IMG/VR virus record: IMGVR_UViG_2861079508_000001
Length of the DNA: 64,000 nucleotides
DNA from: a virus
Taxonomy: Duplodnaviria; Heunggongvirae; Uroviricota; Caudoviricetes
Direction: 5' to 3' (one strand)
This document shows positions 22,125-30,669 of the stretch, in pieces. Made by a program: the position numbers and the translations under genes. Within the stretch, counting starts at the first letter, position 1. Each line of letters starts with the position of its first letter. A model generated the notes under the pieces. It was not told where the DNA came from, searched no databases, and saw nothing but the letters and a program-made list of their open reading frames with translations.

Positions 22125-24233
22125 TCACTTTAAAATGATACGAGATAGTTCAGTAACTACAGATGAACCAAGACTATCAACGCTCGTTACCAGGGCATGA
22201 TTTGAGTAAAATCTCTCCGGTGCGTCAGTCATGATGCCAATTGCCATCAAATCAATATCAGTCTGCGTTTCAATTTGCTTCGCAACTGAACGCAAATGAG
22301 CGTCAAAACCTCTCCCAACAGCCCACGGCGCGCCATCACTCAGAACAAGCATGATCTTCCTGTCCTCCATGCGACCGGAAAATAACGATGCAAGGCTGGC
22401 TATGCTTTCACCATCCACGTTATTAAGAAGTGGGAATGTGTAGCCTACGCACCCCATACGTGAGCGAACTTCGCGAGAATTTACCTTTTCATTCCAATTT
22501 TTGATGATAGGTAGCATTAAAGATTCAAAGCGAGAGAACTCATACTTGACAGCCTTAAGTTCTCCTGCCGCCATATGACTACCAAATGTAGTGAAGCCGG
22601 TGATAATGTTGGGAACATTTATTCGATCAAGGGCATCGGCGATGGTATATGCACTTGCAAGAGCCAGTTTAATCGTTATACCACTCATTGAACCTGATAA
22701 ATCAATCACTTGTTGAACACAGGCGTTAACGGCTTTAGATTCTTCTTTTTTACGAAACACGCGAGCATCATTCATTGCTAATCTGTAGATACTAGAACCA
22801 TGAATGCGCCCCCGACGCTGGCCCGGTATAAACTGAACTCTGTTTCTGCTTGCTATTGCTCGCTCCAGGTCTTTTGCCAGCGTCGACGAAACACCTGACG
22901 AAAGATGCTTTTCAATATATTTGTCGAAGAGCTGGTTGCCTTCAGGAACGATGCGATAGCGGCTGATTGGATATCCTCCCAAATCAATATCGGAGAATGT
23001 TTTAATAAGCCGTTTGATATGGGCTTCTGCCTGATCAATCGAGCCGATGAAGTCGTATGAGCGATTGTATGGCCTGTATTCGCTTTTCGAGCTTTCTGTT
23101 AACTCGCTTTTAATCGTTTCGGATAGAGCATCTTCTGTCATGCCTCCGACTTCATCTTCTATGCTATCCAGCTCCTCTAAAGCCTCTTCCAGACTCATTT
23201 TTGACGGAGTTGGGATATCTGAAGAGCCATCTTCTGTCGTTTTTCTTTTTTCGTGGTCAGCGGTTAATGATTCTGACGCCGCGTTATCAGAAGCATCAGA
23301 ATCTGATACCTCTTTATCATTTTCTGTATCATCGAATATTGTTTCTGATGATTCAGAATTATCTGAATCATCACTGTCGCTATTATCATGTTTGTACTTA
23401 CTATGTGATTCTGATTTGATAGATTTGTGATTATCTAACACTGAGGGTGTCTCATGATCTTCGTTGTCTTCATTGTTTTCTCCAGAGGCATCCGTCTGGT
23501 CAGCGTCTGAAGGATCGGAAGTTTTTCCCGGAGCTGACTCCTTACCTTTGCTTTCACTTTCAGTGTCTTTGAGGATCTTAGCTATGGTCGCAGCCACCTT
23601 TACACAATCCTCGGTGCAAGACATGTTACGCACGGCCACATCGATACCATGTTCTTTTAATAATGAAATTGGTTTCTCAATGACAGGCCAATGTTCATCC
23701 ATGAAATCTACGAACGGTGCTTGGCCATCCCAGGCTCTTACAACCGGACAGAGAAAGAAGTTTAGAAAAAGCGCGCGCTGATCTTTGCCACAATAAGCAA
23801 TAGCCTCTGAAGCCTTTGGTTTAAAGACTTTTTCGATTATAAGGCGCTGAGTTGCCATCAGATTACGTCTTGTTCCGTTAAAGACCTGACCCATTTTTCG
23901 CTCGATGAACACGTCTTCTAAGGCATTCCATAGCGACCAGGAAGGAACGCGTCCTTTTTCTCTCATTTTGTTGGACACACGAATATCGGTAAACAAAATG
24001 TGAGCAACCTCATGATCGAGAAATCCGCGCACAGCATTCATCAATGCCGGTGTTGCGTTATCCGGGATTGATGGGATGTTTACGAAAATTGGCTCTCCAT
24101 CATCGTTATAGCGTACATAAGCGTCGTCCCCTCGTTCTGCAACAGGGATGTTTTTACCTGAAAGGAGAGCGACTACTCGTTTTACACTGTCACGGAAGTC
24201 CTGAACCTCTTTGATGGAACGTTTTTTAGACAT
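22125..24233 (-). CDS. CobT-like von Willebrand factor A domain protein
   Basis: 702 aa; VWA/MIDAS-like IDLSGSMSG; long acidic Ser/Asp-rich linker. Confidence 0.65.
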   Translation of the reverse strand: MSKKRSIKEVQDFRDSVKRVVALLSGKNIPVAERGDDAYVRYNDDGEPIFVNIPSIPDNATPALMNAVRGFLDHEVAHILFTDIRVSNKMREKGRVPSWSLWNALEDVFIERKMGQVFNGTRRNLMATQRLIIEKVFKPKASEAIAYCGKDQRALFLNFFLCPVVRAWDGQAPFVDFMDEHWPVIEKPISLLKEHGIDVAVRNMSCTEDCVKVAATIAKILKDTESESKGKESAPGKTSDPSDADQTDASGENNEDNEDHETPSVLDNHKSIKSESHSKYKHDNSDSDDSDNSESSETIFDDTENDKEVSDSDASDNAASESLTADHEKRKTTEDGSSDIPTPSKMSLEEALEELDSIEDEVGGMTEDALSETIKSELTESSKSEYRPYNRSYDFIGSIDQAEAHIKRLIKTFSDIDLGGYPISRYRIVPEGNQLFDKYIEKHLSSGVSSTLAKDLERAIASRNRVQFIPGQRRGRIHGSSIYRLAMNDARVFRKKEESKAVNACVQQVIDLSGSMSGITIKLALASAYTIADALDRINVPNIITGFTTFGSHMAAGELKAVKYEFSRFESLMLPIIKNWNEKVNSREVRSRMGCVGYTFPLLNNVDGESIASLASLFSGRMEDRKIMLVLSDGAPWAVGRGFDAHLRSVAKQIETQTDIDLMAIGIMTDAPERFYSNHALVTSVDSLGSSVVTELSRIILK

Positions 24234-24252
24234 GGCTAATCCTTTGTTATGA

Positions 24253-24268
24253 AAACAAATTATTTACT
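24253..24268. promoter_or_regulatory. motif A variant (AAACAAATTATTTACT) upstream of cobT-like gene
   Basis: 20-35 bp upstream of ATG 24233. Confidence 0.35.
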
Positions 24269-24331
24269 AGTGTGTTTAATGTAGCACTGCGCGAACAGGG
24301 AACTAAGCCATTCGCGCAGGGAGAAGAGGGG

Positions 24332-24544
24332 TTAACAGATTCTGACGGCTAAAGACCCGGAGCCGATATTGAGAAGCGTGAAGCGTTTGTTGTTAAGTTC
24401 GAATATAAAGCCAGTTGTGTCATTCACACCAACCTGAATCTGCTCATTCGGTAGATCGGTGAGGATGTCAGCTACACACTCATCAGCTAATTTCTGTACG
24501 TGTCCGATCTCAAGAGCGATTAGGCTGGAAATAGTGGTGTTCAT
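24332..24544 (-). CDS. hypothetical protein (70 aa)
   Basis: ORF only. Confidence 0.3.
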   Translation of the reverse strand: MNTTISSLIALEIGHVQKLADECVADILTDLPNEQIQVGVNDTTGFIFELNNKRFTLLNIGSGSLAVRIC

Positions 24545-24795
24545 TCAATCAATCCATTCTAACTTATACTATGGTAAGGAATACTACTAAAATTTATATC
24601 AATACTGAATACATTCATATCATATGCAAGTTAATTTTCTTACCTGTTTTGGGCTAATTTTTCTCCGTGCAATGGCCTTTAACCGGTCTTTTAAGTGCCT
24701 ATCGAAAAAAATGATAATAGCTTTACAACCCTAACCTTTGATGTAATATCGGTAAGCACTTACCAGAGAGAATTGAACGCGCAAAGGTTGTAACA

Positions 24796-25182
24796 ATGTC
24801 TGACAACAAGATTGAATTTATAGAAAGTCGCTATGCTGCTTTTATCGCAGGGCTGATTGAATCCTCACCTATGAGTCAGGCCCAAATAGCCAGACTTATT
24901 GGTTATAAAAATGCCAACAACCTTTCTTTAATTAAAAGTGGCAAAATTCCTTTGCCTATCGATAAGGTTCGTCCGTTGGCGCTGGCGCTGGGTATTGAGC
25001 CAAGTCGTCTTATGATGATGGTGCTGGAAGAACGCCAACCTGAACTCGCAGCATTTTTATACAAAGAAGGCACCGCTCCTCTTAACGAGGACGAAAAACA
25101 GGTTCTTGCTGCATATAACGAGCGATTCGGTAAAGAGAAAGGCGCATCACAAAAGGTTGTTGAGGCCATAAAGTCTCTATGA
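24796..25182 (+). CDS. helix-turn-helix (XRE-like) transcriptional regulator
   Basis: 128 aa; SQAQIARLIGYKNANNLSLIKSGK helix-turn-helix; AT-rich 250-bp upstream region. Confidence 0.55.
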   Translation: MSDNKIEFIESRYAAFIAGLIESSPMSQAQIARLIGYKNANNLSLIKSGKIPLPIDKVRPLALALGIEPSRLMMMVLEERQPELAAFLYKEGTAPLNEDEKQVLAAYNERFGKEKGASQKVVEAIKSL

Positions 25183-26280
25183 AAAATTTACACGAATAAG
25201 CTCTGTTGATAGACGATCTCCCTTGAATTTGTGGTCAATTTCGTCTAAATCCGGTTGCTCTACGATTGATGCGATGTACGTCGAGAAACTTTCTAAGGCG
25301 TCTCGCATCTCGTCCATATAATCGTGCCGGTCGTAGACTCGATCTATCCCCTCAAGACTGTGGTTCATGATTTTGCGTGATACCTCCTGGCTTATGCCTA
25401 ATGCTGGGAAGTAACTACGCGCAGTGCGGCGCAAGTCTCGGGGTGTAAATGGCTCAAGCTCCATCAGTTCTGGTCGTTCCAGAATACGACGTAATGCCTG
25501 GGCTATTGCCACTTTAGACATAGGAAGGTCTTTCCCGATTTTTTTATTCGAAGGCACGAGCCACTGGCTGCCTTTACCGTATTCGAACAACTCTTCAATG
25601 CATGTGCGCATTAATGAGCTTAAAGGCAGAGAATGCTCACGGGCAGATTTGTTCCTCTTGCCTTGATTCCAAACCCCACGCTTAAGATTGAACTCACTTT
25701 TTTTAGCCCGCAGTACTTCGTCAGGTCGTCTTGCGGATACAAGACATAGCCTGGCCGCCCATTTTGTACCAGCACACACATTGAAGTAGTCCCATATATT
25801 CCAGAACACCCATACCTCTGCGTCGGTTAGCTTCCGCTCGCGAGGTGTGGGCTTTGCGCCACCGGCAACTTTGTTAAGTGACATATCGTTTAACGGTGAC
25901 ACGTCGATCATCCCCTGGAAGGCGCACCAGCTGAGGAACTGCTTCATCAGAGAGAAAACGCGGCGACCCATAACAATTTTGCCATCCAGTATTAGTGGGT
26001 TGACCAGTTGGTTCACCATGAACCTATTAATATCACTTACTTTTACATCGGCAATGTGCGGCAAAACATGTATCAAAATACAATGAACAGCGATCTCTGG
26101 CCGACGTCTTGTTATCAGCAGAGATAAGCGAGTGAATAACATGAATGCGTCCGAGAATCTCATGTCATTGCTGACCTGGGAGATCATAACGGCCTGCATT
26201 TGAGATGCTCTTTCGAGATACTCAATCGCCTCTTTTGAGGTGTTCTCCGCAGCGCGTGCTCTGTCAAAGCTATTTTTCAT
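25177..26280 (-). CDS. tyrosine recombinase / integrase (lambda Int-like catalytic domain)
   Basis: 367 aa; C-terminal TPRDLRRTARS and NHSLEGIDRVYDRHDY (box II, His, Tyr nucleophile). Confidence 0.7.
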   Translation of the reverse strand: MKNSFDRARAAENTSKEAIEYLERASQMQAVMISQVSNDMRFSDAFMLFTRLSLLITRRRPEIAVHCILIHVLPHIADVKVSDINRFMVNQLVNPLILDGKIVMGRRVFSLMKQFLSWCAFQGMIDVSPLNDMSLNKVAGGAKPTPRERKLTDAEVWVFWNIWDYFNVCAGTKWAARLCLVSARRPDEVLRAKKSEFNLKRGVWNQGKRNKSAREHSLPLSSLMRTCIEELFEYGKGSQWLVPSNKKIGKDLPMSKVAIAQALRRILERPELMELEPFTPRDLRRTARSYFPALGISQEVSRKIMNHSLEGIDRVYDRHDYMDEMRDALESFSTYIASIVEQPDLDEIDHKFKGDRLSTELIRVNFS

Positions 26281-26530
26281 ATGACAATCACCGAGTTACG
26301 CCGATGCACTGTATAAGTAAACAGTATATTAGGCATAGATTCTTATAGGATCAAGAGTAAAAGTAACTCATTTTCAGTAATGATTCCATACATAGTAGGT
26401 ATGGAATCATTGTAGGCCTTTTTTATAAAATCTGTGATTCTTCTCAGGATAAATTATCTAAACTAAAAATTGTGTTTTGTGTTGGCATCTGCTTGAATAG
26501 ACGCATGTTTATTCAGATATGGAATAATCA

Positions 26531-27067
26531 GTGAACAACCAAATTCATTGGGACTACCCATTCTCAGAAGAATTCGGCAGTGGGATGGTACACAGACAAT
26601 TCACTGTGGGAAGCACTATTTATGCCGTTGGGTTTGAACAAATATTGACGATGGATGATTTCACACGTAAGGGAGTTGATATCCTAAATGTACATCCAAC
26701 ATTCCGGTTTCCTCTGAGTGGTGTATGGGGAGTGATTTTTGACGAAATTGACCCTGTAGAAATGGATTTCAAAGGATTTCGGCATATCCAACATCAAGGC
26801 TTGGCAGGTGGTCAAGTGCTTTTGAATGTTGCAAGTATAATCTTTGACCATTATACTGTTTGTAACGCAGGAGCTTATGTCTTCTCCGCCGCAGACGACC
26901 ATCAGCATTTACGCAGAACTGACTTGGTAGACATTTACTGTAAGATACTAGGTCTAAATGGAAAACGTAAAAGTAGATTGTTCGCCAATGGTTTTCCTGG
27001 ATGGGAGGCATACTGTGATGTACCAACAGGAGGAAGAGGCTATGTCGTCACGACTGAAAGTTATTAA
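26531..27067 (+). CDS. hypothetical protein (178 aa, GTG start)
   Basis: plus-strand ORF in a minus-strand backbone; overlaps next small gene by 26 bp. Confidence 0.35.
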   Translation: MNNQIHWDYPFSEEFGSGMVHRQFTVGSTIYAVGFEQILTMDDFTRKGVDILNVHPTFRFPLSGVWGVIFDEIDPVEMDFKGFRHIQHQGLAGGQVLLNVASIIFDHYTVCNAGAYVFSAADDHQHLRRTDLVDIYCKILGLNGKRKSRLFANGFPGWEAYCDVPTGGRGYVVTTESY

Positions 27068-27269
27068 TTATTACCCCACCTCTGCAGAACGTTTGAGCCT
27101 TGAAATGGGCGAAAGACTACAGAAAGCTGCTGGTCAGGATTTAAAGAACAAGTTGGGTTCAGGGGAAATTAAACTGATTAACGGTAAATATGTAGGTGAA
27201 AGCCTGAAAGTTAATAGCACCTCTATGCTAAAAGCGCGGTTGCGTAAAGCGTATATCCCCGCTAAATGA
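27042..27269 (+). CDS. small hypothetical protein (75 aa, MSSRLKVINYYPT...)
   Basis: strong ribosome-binding site AGGAGGAAGAGG before ATG 27042; ends at an intrinsic terminator; track shows a longer ORF from 26958. Confidence 0.45.
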   Translation: MSSRLKVINYYPTSAERLSLEMGERLQKAAGQDLKNKLGSGEIKLINGKYVGESLKVNSTSMLKARLRKAYIPAK

Positions 27270-27298
27270 AAAGGCCTATATGGGCCTTTTCATTTTTA
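27270..27298. terminator. bidirectional intrinsic terminator (AAAGGCC-tatat-GGGCCTTTT plus T-run)
   Basis: read directly between convergent genes ending at 27269 and 27296. Confidence 0.6.
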
Positions 27299-27541
27299 TA
27301 GTGTACTCACCAGCGCCGCAAATTCCGTATACCCCCCAATATGCTCTCCATGTATGAATATCTGAGGTATGGTATCCACTGGTTTACCAACCTGGTTGCT
27401 CAACGTTTCTTTGTTGATCCCCGCAGATGTAATATCTATATACTCATAATCACCGTAGCCATGTCCCTTTAGTTGCTTCGCCAACTCGACCGCACGTTTG
27501 CAGTATGAGCAGTTATCTCGTCCGTAGATAGTGATCGTCAT
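27296..27541 (-). CDS. glutaredoxin-like protein (NrdC/GrxA-type)
   Basis: 81 aa; CSYC active site near N-terminus; thioredoxin-fold size. Confidence 0.7.
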   Translation of the reverse strand: MTITIYGRDNCSYCKRAVELAKQLKGHGYGDYEYIDITSAGINKETLSNQVGKPVDTIPQIFIHGEHIGGYTEFAALVSTL

Positions 27542-27608
27542 AACTTAACAAATACCTTTATAAATATTGATTCGAACATATCAGACTATACTACAAACAG
27601 ATTTTTTT

Positions 27609-27629
27609 GATAAGTATGTAGTAACTTAT
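27609..27629. promoter_or_regulatory. motif B upstream of the AT-rich orphan gene (plus orientation)
   Basis: GATAAGTATGTAGTAACTTAT; AAACAATTG half-site of motif A at 27643-27651. Confidence 0.4.
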
Positions 27630-27714
27630 TGATTGACTAGTAAACAATTGAAGTGATTACGACAATAGATTACAGTAAGGATTGCCTTGAAATGTACATT
27701 TTATAGAGGTTTTA

Positions 27715-28623
27715 ATGATTGGTAAGTTGTCTGATTCTTTGATTGAAAATAAATACAACGAATTTAGAGAAGAAATATCTTTACTTTTTGACTATTTAAA
27801 TCAGATAAATGATACAACAAAGAAAAATATAAAACGTCTTCTTAAAGAAGTGGAGTATGCACAAAATCCAGATACTATTATTAATATTAATGAAACTATT
27901 AAGATTAAGTGTGGCACAACGTTAGCTCGCCATTTATGTTCAAACCCATATACAGGTTCAACATTAGAGATAGGTAACAGCGCCATTGATTTAGAAGAAA
28001 AGATAAGATTGTGTAATACTTTGAAAAATAAACAATATCAGTGGGTTATTACTGAAGCCTATGAGTTACTGGAAGACTATATTGAGGCAATATATGTCTA
28101 TACTGTATGTGTTCGAAATGATTTATGGTCCTCAAGTGATTTTGGTAAGGTTGAAGATGATGAAATTGGGAAAAGGGAAGTTTATTACAGATTATTAAAA
28201 GCAAAAAGTAACCCATCGAAAAAAATAACTAAAATTTTCAGAAATAAAATACCTGGCTTCAAAGAGATAGAAACAAACAACAAGATTGGCAAAAACTATC
28301 GCTTTAACATCAAGCTAATTGAACTACTAAGACATACAATAGTACACAATAGTGGACGATTCAATGATACAGAAAAATTTATAAATAAGGTTTTAGATGA
28401 ATCTGAAATAAACGGTAAGAAAAGAGTTATTGGAGAAAGAGCTGTTAGAAGTTACATTACTAAAGTGCAAGAAGATGATATTGTGATGCTCTTAGAAAGA
28501 CCATCTGAAATTTTAGGTTCTTTTGGTGGGTATTTTAACAGAGCAAAATTTTTACTAAGTGATATTTTAGAATACTCACTAATCATTAAAGAAGAACTAA
28601 AATCATATCTAGGCAATCATTAA
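27715..28623 (+). CDS. AT-rich orphan protein with HEPN-like Rx4H motif; candidate Abi-like defence/anti-defence
   Basis: 302 aa; coding region visibly AT-rich versus flanks; motif LLRHTIVHNSGRF (R-x4-H); own upstream motif and own terminator; function is inference. Confidence 0.5.
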   Translation: MIGKLSDSLIENKYNEFREEISLLFDYLNQINDTTKKNIKRLLKEVEYAQNPDTIININETIKIKCGTTLARHLCSNPYTGSTLEIGNSAIDLEEKIRLCNTLKNKQYQWVITEAYELLEDYIEAIYVYTVCVRNDLWSSSDFGKVEDDEIGKREVYYRLLKAKSNPSKKITKIFRNKIPGFKEIETNNKIGKNYRFNIKLIELLRHTIVHNSGRFNDTEKFINKVLDESEINGKKRVIGERAVRSYITKVQEDDIVMLLERPSEILGSFGGYFNRAKFLLSDILEYSLIIKEELKSYLGNH

Positions 28624-28630
28624 CAAAAAA

Positions 28631-28658
28631 GGGGCCGAAGCCCCTTTGGATTTTGCGC
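28631..28658 (+). terminator. intrinsic terminator GGGGCCGAAGCCCC plus TTTGGATTTT
   Basis: read directly, 8 bp after the 27715..28623 stop. Confidence 0.65.
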
Positions 28659-28720
28659 TTAAAAAAGTGTTGCTAGGATGTTAGCAAGCTATGGTTAAGA
28701 ACGTCTGCCGTAATTGTCTA

Positions 28721-28799
28721 TCACAGCGTTGAGCGGTCTGGTTTATGTTAGCGGAGTCTTAATCGAGTTGATTAAAAGGCCAAACCGCTCAACGCTGTG
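28721..28799. repeat. long hairpin H0 (arms CACAGCGTTGAGCGGTCTGG / CCAAACCGCTCAACGCTGTG, ~38-nt loop)
   Basis: inverted repeat read directly, just 3' of tRNA-Ser on the minus strand. Confidence 0.5.
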
Positions 28800-28801
28800 T
28801 C

Positions 28802-28888
28802 TGGCGGAGAGTAATGGAATCGAACCATCATCGCTTGCGCAATGGGACGGTTTTCAAGACCGCTTGAGCACCATGCTCCCTACTCTCC
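28802..28888 (-). tRNA. tRNA-Ser (anticodon UGA), class II long variable arm
   Basis: folded by hand from the reverse complement: acceptor GGAGAGT/ACTCTCC, anticodon loop CTTGAAA, T-loop TTCGATT, 3' CCA. Confidence 0.8.
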
Positions 28889-28987
28889 AGCTATTGTGAT
28901 GGTCGGTGCTGAACTCCGACACAGGGTTGTAGCAAGCCCCGCAAAGCGCGCACTACTGTAGTTGCGGCACATCAGCCTGTGCATTCA

Positions 28988-29070
28988 TCACAACGGTAAG
29001 ATCACTACCTTTCGACCAGTCATTGTGCACATGAACGACGATTAACCGTAATGATCTTATCGTTGTGTTG
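28988..29070. repeat. long hairpin H1 (arms CACAACGGTAAGATCA / TGATCTTATCGTTGTG)
   Basis: inverted repeat read directly between tRNA-Ser and tRNA-Thr. Confidence 0.5.
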
Positions 29071-29115
29071 TGAAGCCAGATGCTTATCTTCTGGTTGCTT
29101 CAAAGAGCTGCACTT

Positions 29116-29208
29116 CCTCACAACGGTAAGAGCACTGGTCTGACTCTATCGATTTACGGCCTTGTGGGTCAGTATCGCCGATTCGCCCAATGCTCTTACC
29201 TGTTGTGT
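29116..29208. repeat. long hairpin H2 (arms CACAACGGTAAGAGCA / TGCTCTTACCTGTTGTG), paralogue of H1
   Basis: inverted repeat read directly; ends at tRNA-Thr. Confidence 0.5.
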
Positions 29209-29284
29209 TGGTGCCGGTTAACGGACTTGAACCGCTGGCCATTCGCTTACAAAGCGACTGCTCTACCAACTGAGCTAAACCGGC
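29209..29284 (-). tRNA. tRNA-Thr (anticodon UGU)
   Basis: hand fold: acceptor GCCGGTT/AACCGGC, D-arm GCTCAGTTGGTAGAGC, anticodon loop TTTGTAA, T-loop TTCAAGT, CCA. Confidence 0.8.
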
Positions 29285-29288
29285 AATT

Positions 29289-29375
29289 TGGTGGGGAGTG
29301 ATGGAGTCGAACCACCCGAGTCGCCATGACAGTAGATTTACAGTCTACACCGCTACCTCTACGGACTAACTCCCC
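29289..29375 (-). tRNA. tRNA-Tyr (anticodon GUA), class II
   Basis: hand fold: anticodon arm CAGACTGTAAATCTG-like (GACTGTAAATC), long variable arm, T-loop TTCGACT, CCA. Confidence 0.85.
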
Positions 29376-29380
29376 TAAAT

Positions 29381-29455
29381 TGGCGATGGTGGGTGGATTC
29401 GAACCACCGACCAGTTGGTTAACAGCCAACTGCTCTACCGCTGAGCTACACCATC
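29381..29455 (-). tRNA. tRNA-Asn (anticodon GUU)
   Basis: hand fold: perfect 7-bp acceptor GATGGTG/CACCATC, anticodon loop CTGTTAA, T-loop TTCGAAT, CCA. Confidence 0.85.
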
Positions 29456-29717
29456 AATTCAGCACTGCCAGTATTTATTACTCAACAGTGCCAATCGCGA
29501 CGGTTTAGTTTCTGCCAGGAAACGCACCGCTACTTGCACTTTTCGTTAGTGCCAGACGCTTTCGACTTCGCTCAATAGTAGAAGGCAAAATCTTTAAGTA
29601 GATGATGTTTCTGAGGACAGCACCTACTTTGTAATTTATACAATGTGATGTATGGAATCATTTGTTGTGAAAACAGGCACCAATGGCAACAGTGGTTAAA
29701 CCTACACAACAATCCCG

Positions 29718-29846
29718 TCTTCACAACGTTGAGGCCACTACTCCGATTGAATGTTTGCCCAACATGTTACATATCAACGCTCGCCGGTATCTCTGTGAAT
29801 AGAACCTTAGAATTGATAAAAATGTAATGGCCTCAACGTTGTGTGC
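29718..29846. repeat. long hairpin H3 (arms CACAACGTTGAGGCCAC / ATGGCCTCAACGTTGTG, ~93-nt loop)
   Basis: inverted repeat read directly in the non-coding region. Confidence 0.45.
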
Positions 29847-30004
29847 TGGCTAACCATACCAGCCGGGCTACGTCGCCGCTTTTTAACCCAGTATAAACGA
29901 CATAATTGAACAAAATGACGTAACAGGATGGGCGGTCAGTGGCTAAGAATCCGGGAGTCATATGGAGTTGAAAATATACCAACCGCCCATTCTGTTACTT
30001 CATC

Positions 30005-30028
30005 GGAGGGAACATGAATGTTCCCTCC
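30005..30028. other. perfect 10-bp stem hairpin GGAGGGAACA-tgaa-TGTTCCCTCC
   Basis: read directly; contains a GGAGG and ATG. Confidence 0.45.
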
Positions 30029-30202
30029 TGCGTTCTGCAATCACACTCGCTCAGTGTGTCCCATTTCGGTAACGAGGCTGGAAACTGACCTCGCTGGTGT
30101 TTGGCTTATTAGGCTACTGCCAGATAGACTTCTTCGTTTGCACTTGTATTTAAGTTCAAACAGTCGCGTCTCAACGAAAACAAAGTCATCTTATACATAA
30201 AA

Positions 30203-30225
30203 GATAGGTAAGTAAATACTTATCG
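30203..30225. promoter_or_regulatory. motif B at the edge of the 770-bp non-coding region
   Basis: GATAGGTAAGTAAATACTTATCG. Confidence 0.35.
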
Positions 30226-30233
30226 AAATGTTT

Positions 30234-30524
30234 TTATTCGGTTGTGACTTTTTTGATCAAGGCCACTCTACGATCAGGTGTTCTTGTGATGGTGGCAGTG
30301 AATCGTTTCGCTTGGATAGTAATGGTTTCGTTCTCATTAAGTTGCCCGTAGCGAGTTTCCACAAGGGTACCAAGACGCCACAGGCCATCATCAATACGTT
30401 TATGGCTAGCAAATTTAATCAGCAGCAGTTTTACGACTAACTGCCCTACGTAAAAAGCGAATGCGACTCCGGCTGCCATAAAATAGGTTGCCAACCACCA
30501 TTCCCAAGAAGTTAAATTGCTCAT
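30234..30524 (-). CDS. small membrane protein (96 aa)
   Basis: N-terminal hydrophobic helix WWLATYFMAAGVAFAFYVGQLVV. Confidence 0.4.
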   Translation of the reverse strand: MSNLTSWEWWLATYFMAAGVAFAFYVGQLVVKLLLIKFASHKRIDDGLWRLGTLVETRYGQLNENETITIQAKRFTATITRTPDRRVALIKKVTTE

Positions 30525-30669
30525 TTTCTCACCTTTGTTTCATGAACTACCCGATACACACGCTTTCCGATGCACAGTGTTTTGGTTTTAAGTTCCTGCT
30601 TAATTAAGTCACGACAGATGCCGAAGCCGATAAGGAAGCCACCCATAAAAGCTAATGAGATGTATGGAA

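Noticed and set aside
28802-29455. tRNA cluster as a host integration site (attB/attL) of an integrated prophage
   Set aside because: Four tandem tRNAs are flanked on both sides by phage-plasmid genes on the same strand; more consistent with a phage-encoded tRNA set. No direct repeat of a tRNA 3' end was seen.
28714-29508. Small ORFs (60-73 aa) across the tRNA cluster
   Set aside because: They overlap well-folded tRNA genes and hairpin elements; no ribosome-binding sites.
30018-30200. 60-aa ORF beginning inside the perfect palindrome at 30005-30028
   Set aside because: Low-complexity product, start codon buried in a strong hairpin, no conservation evidence; region treated as non-coding.
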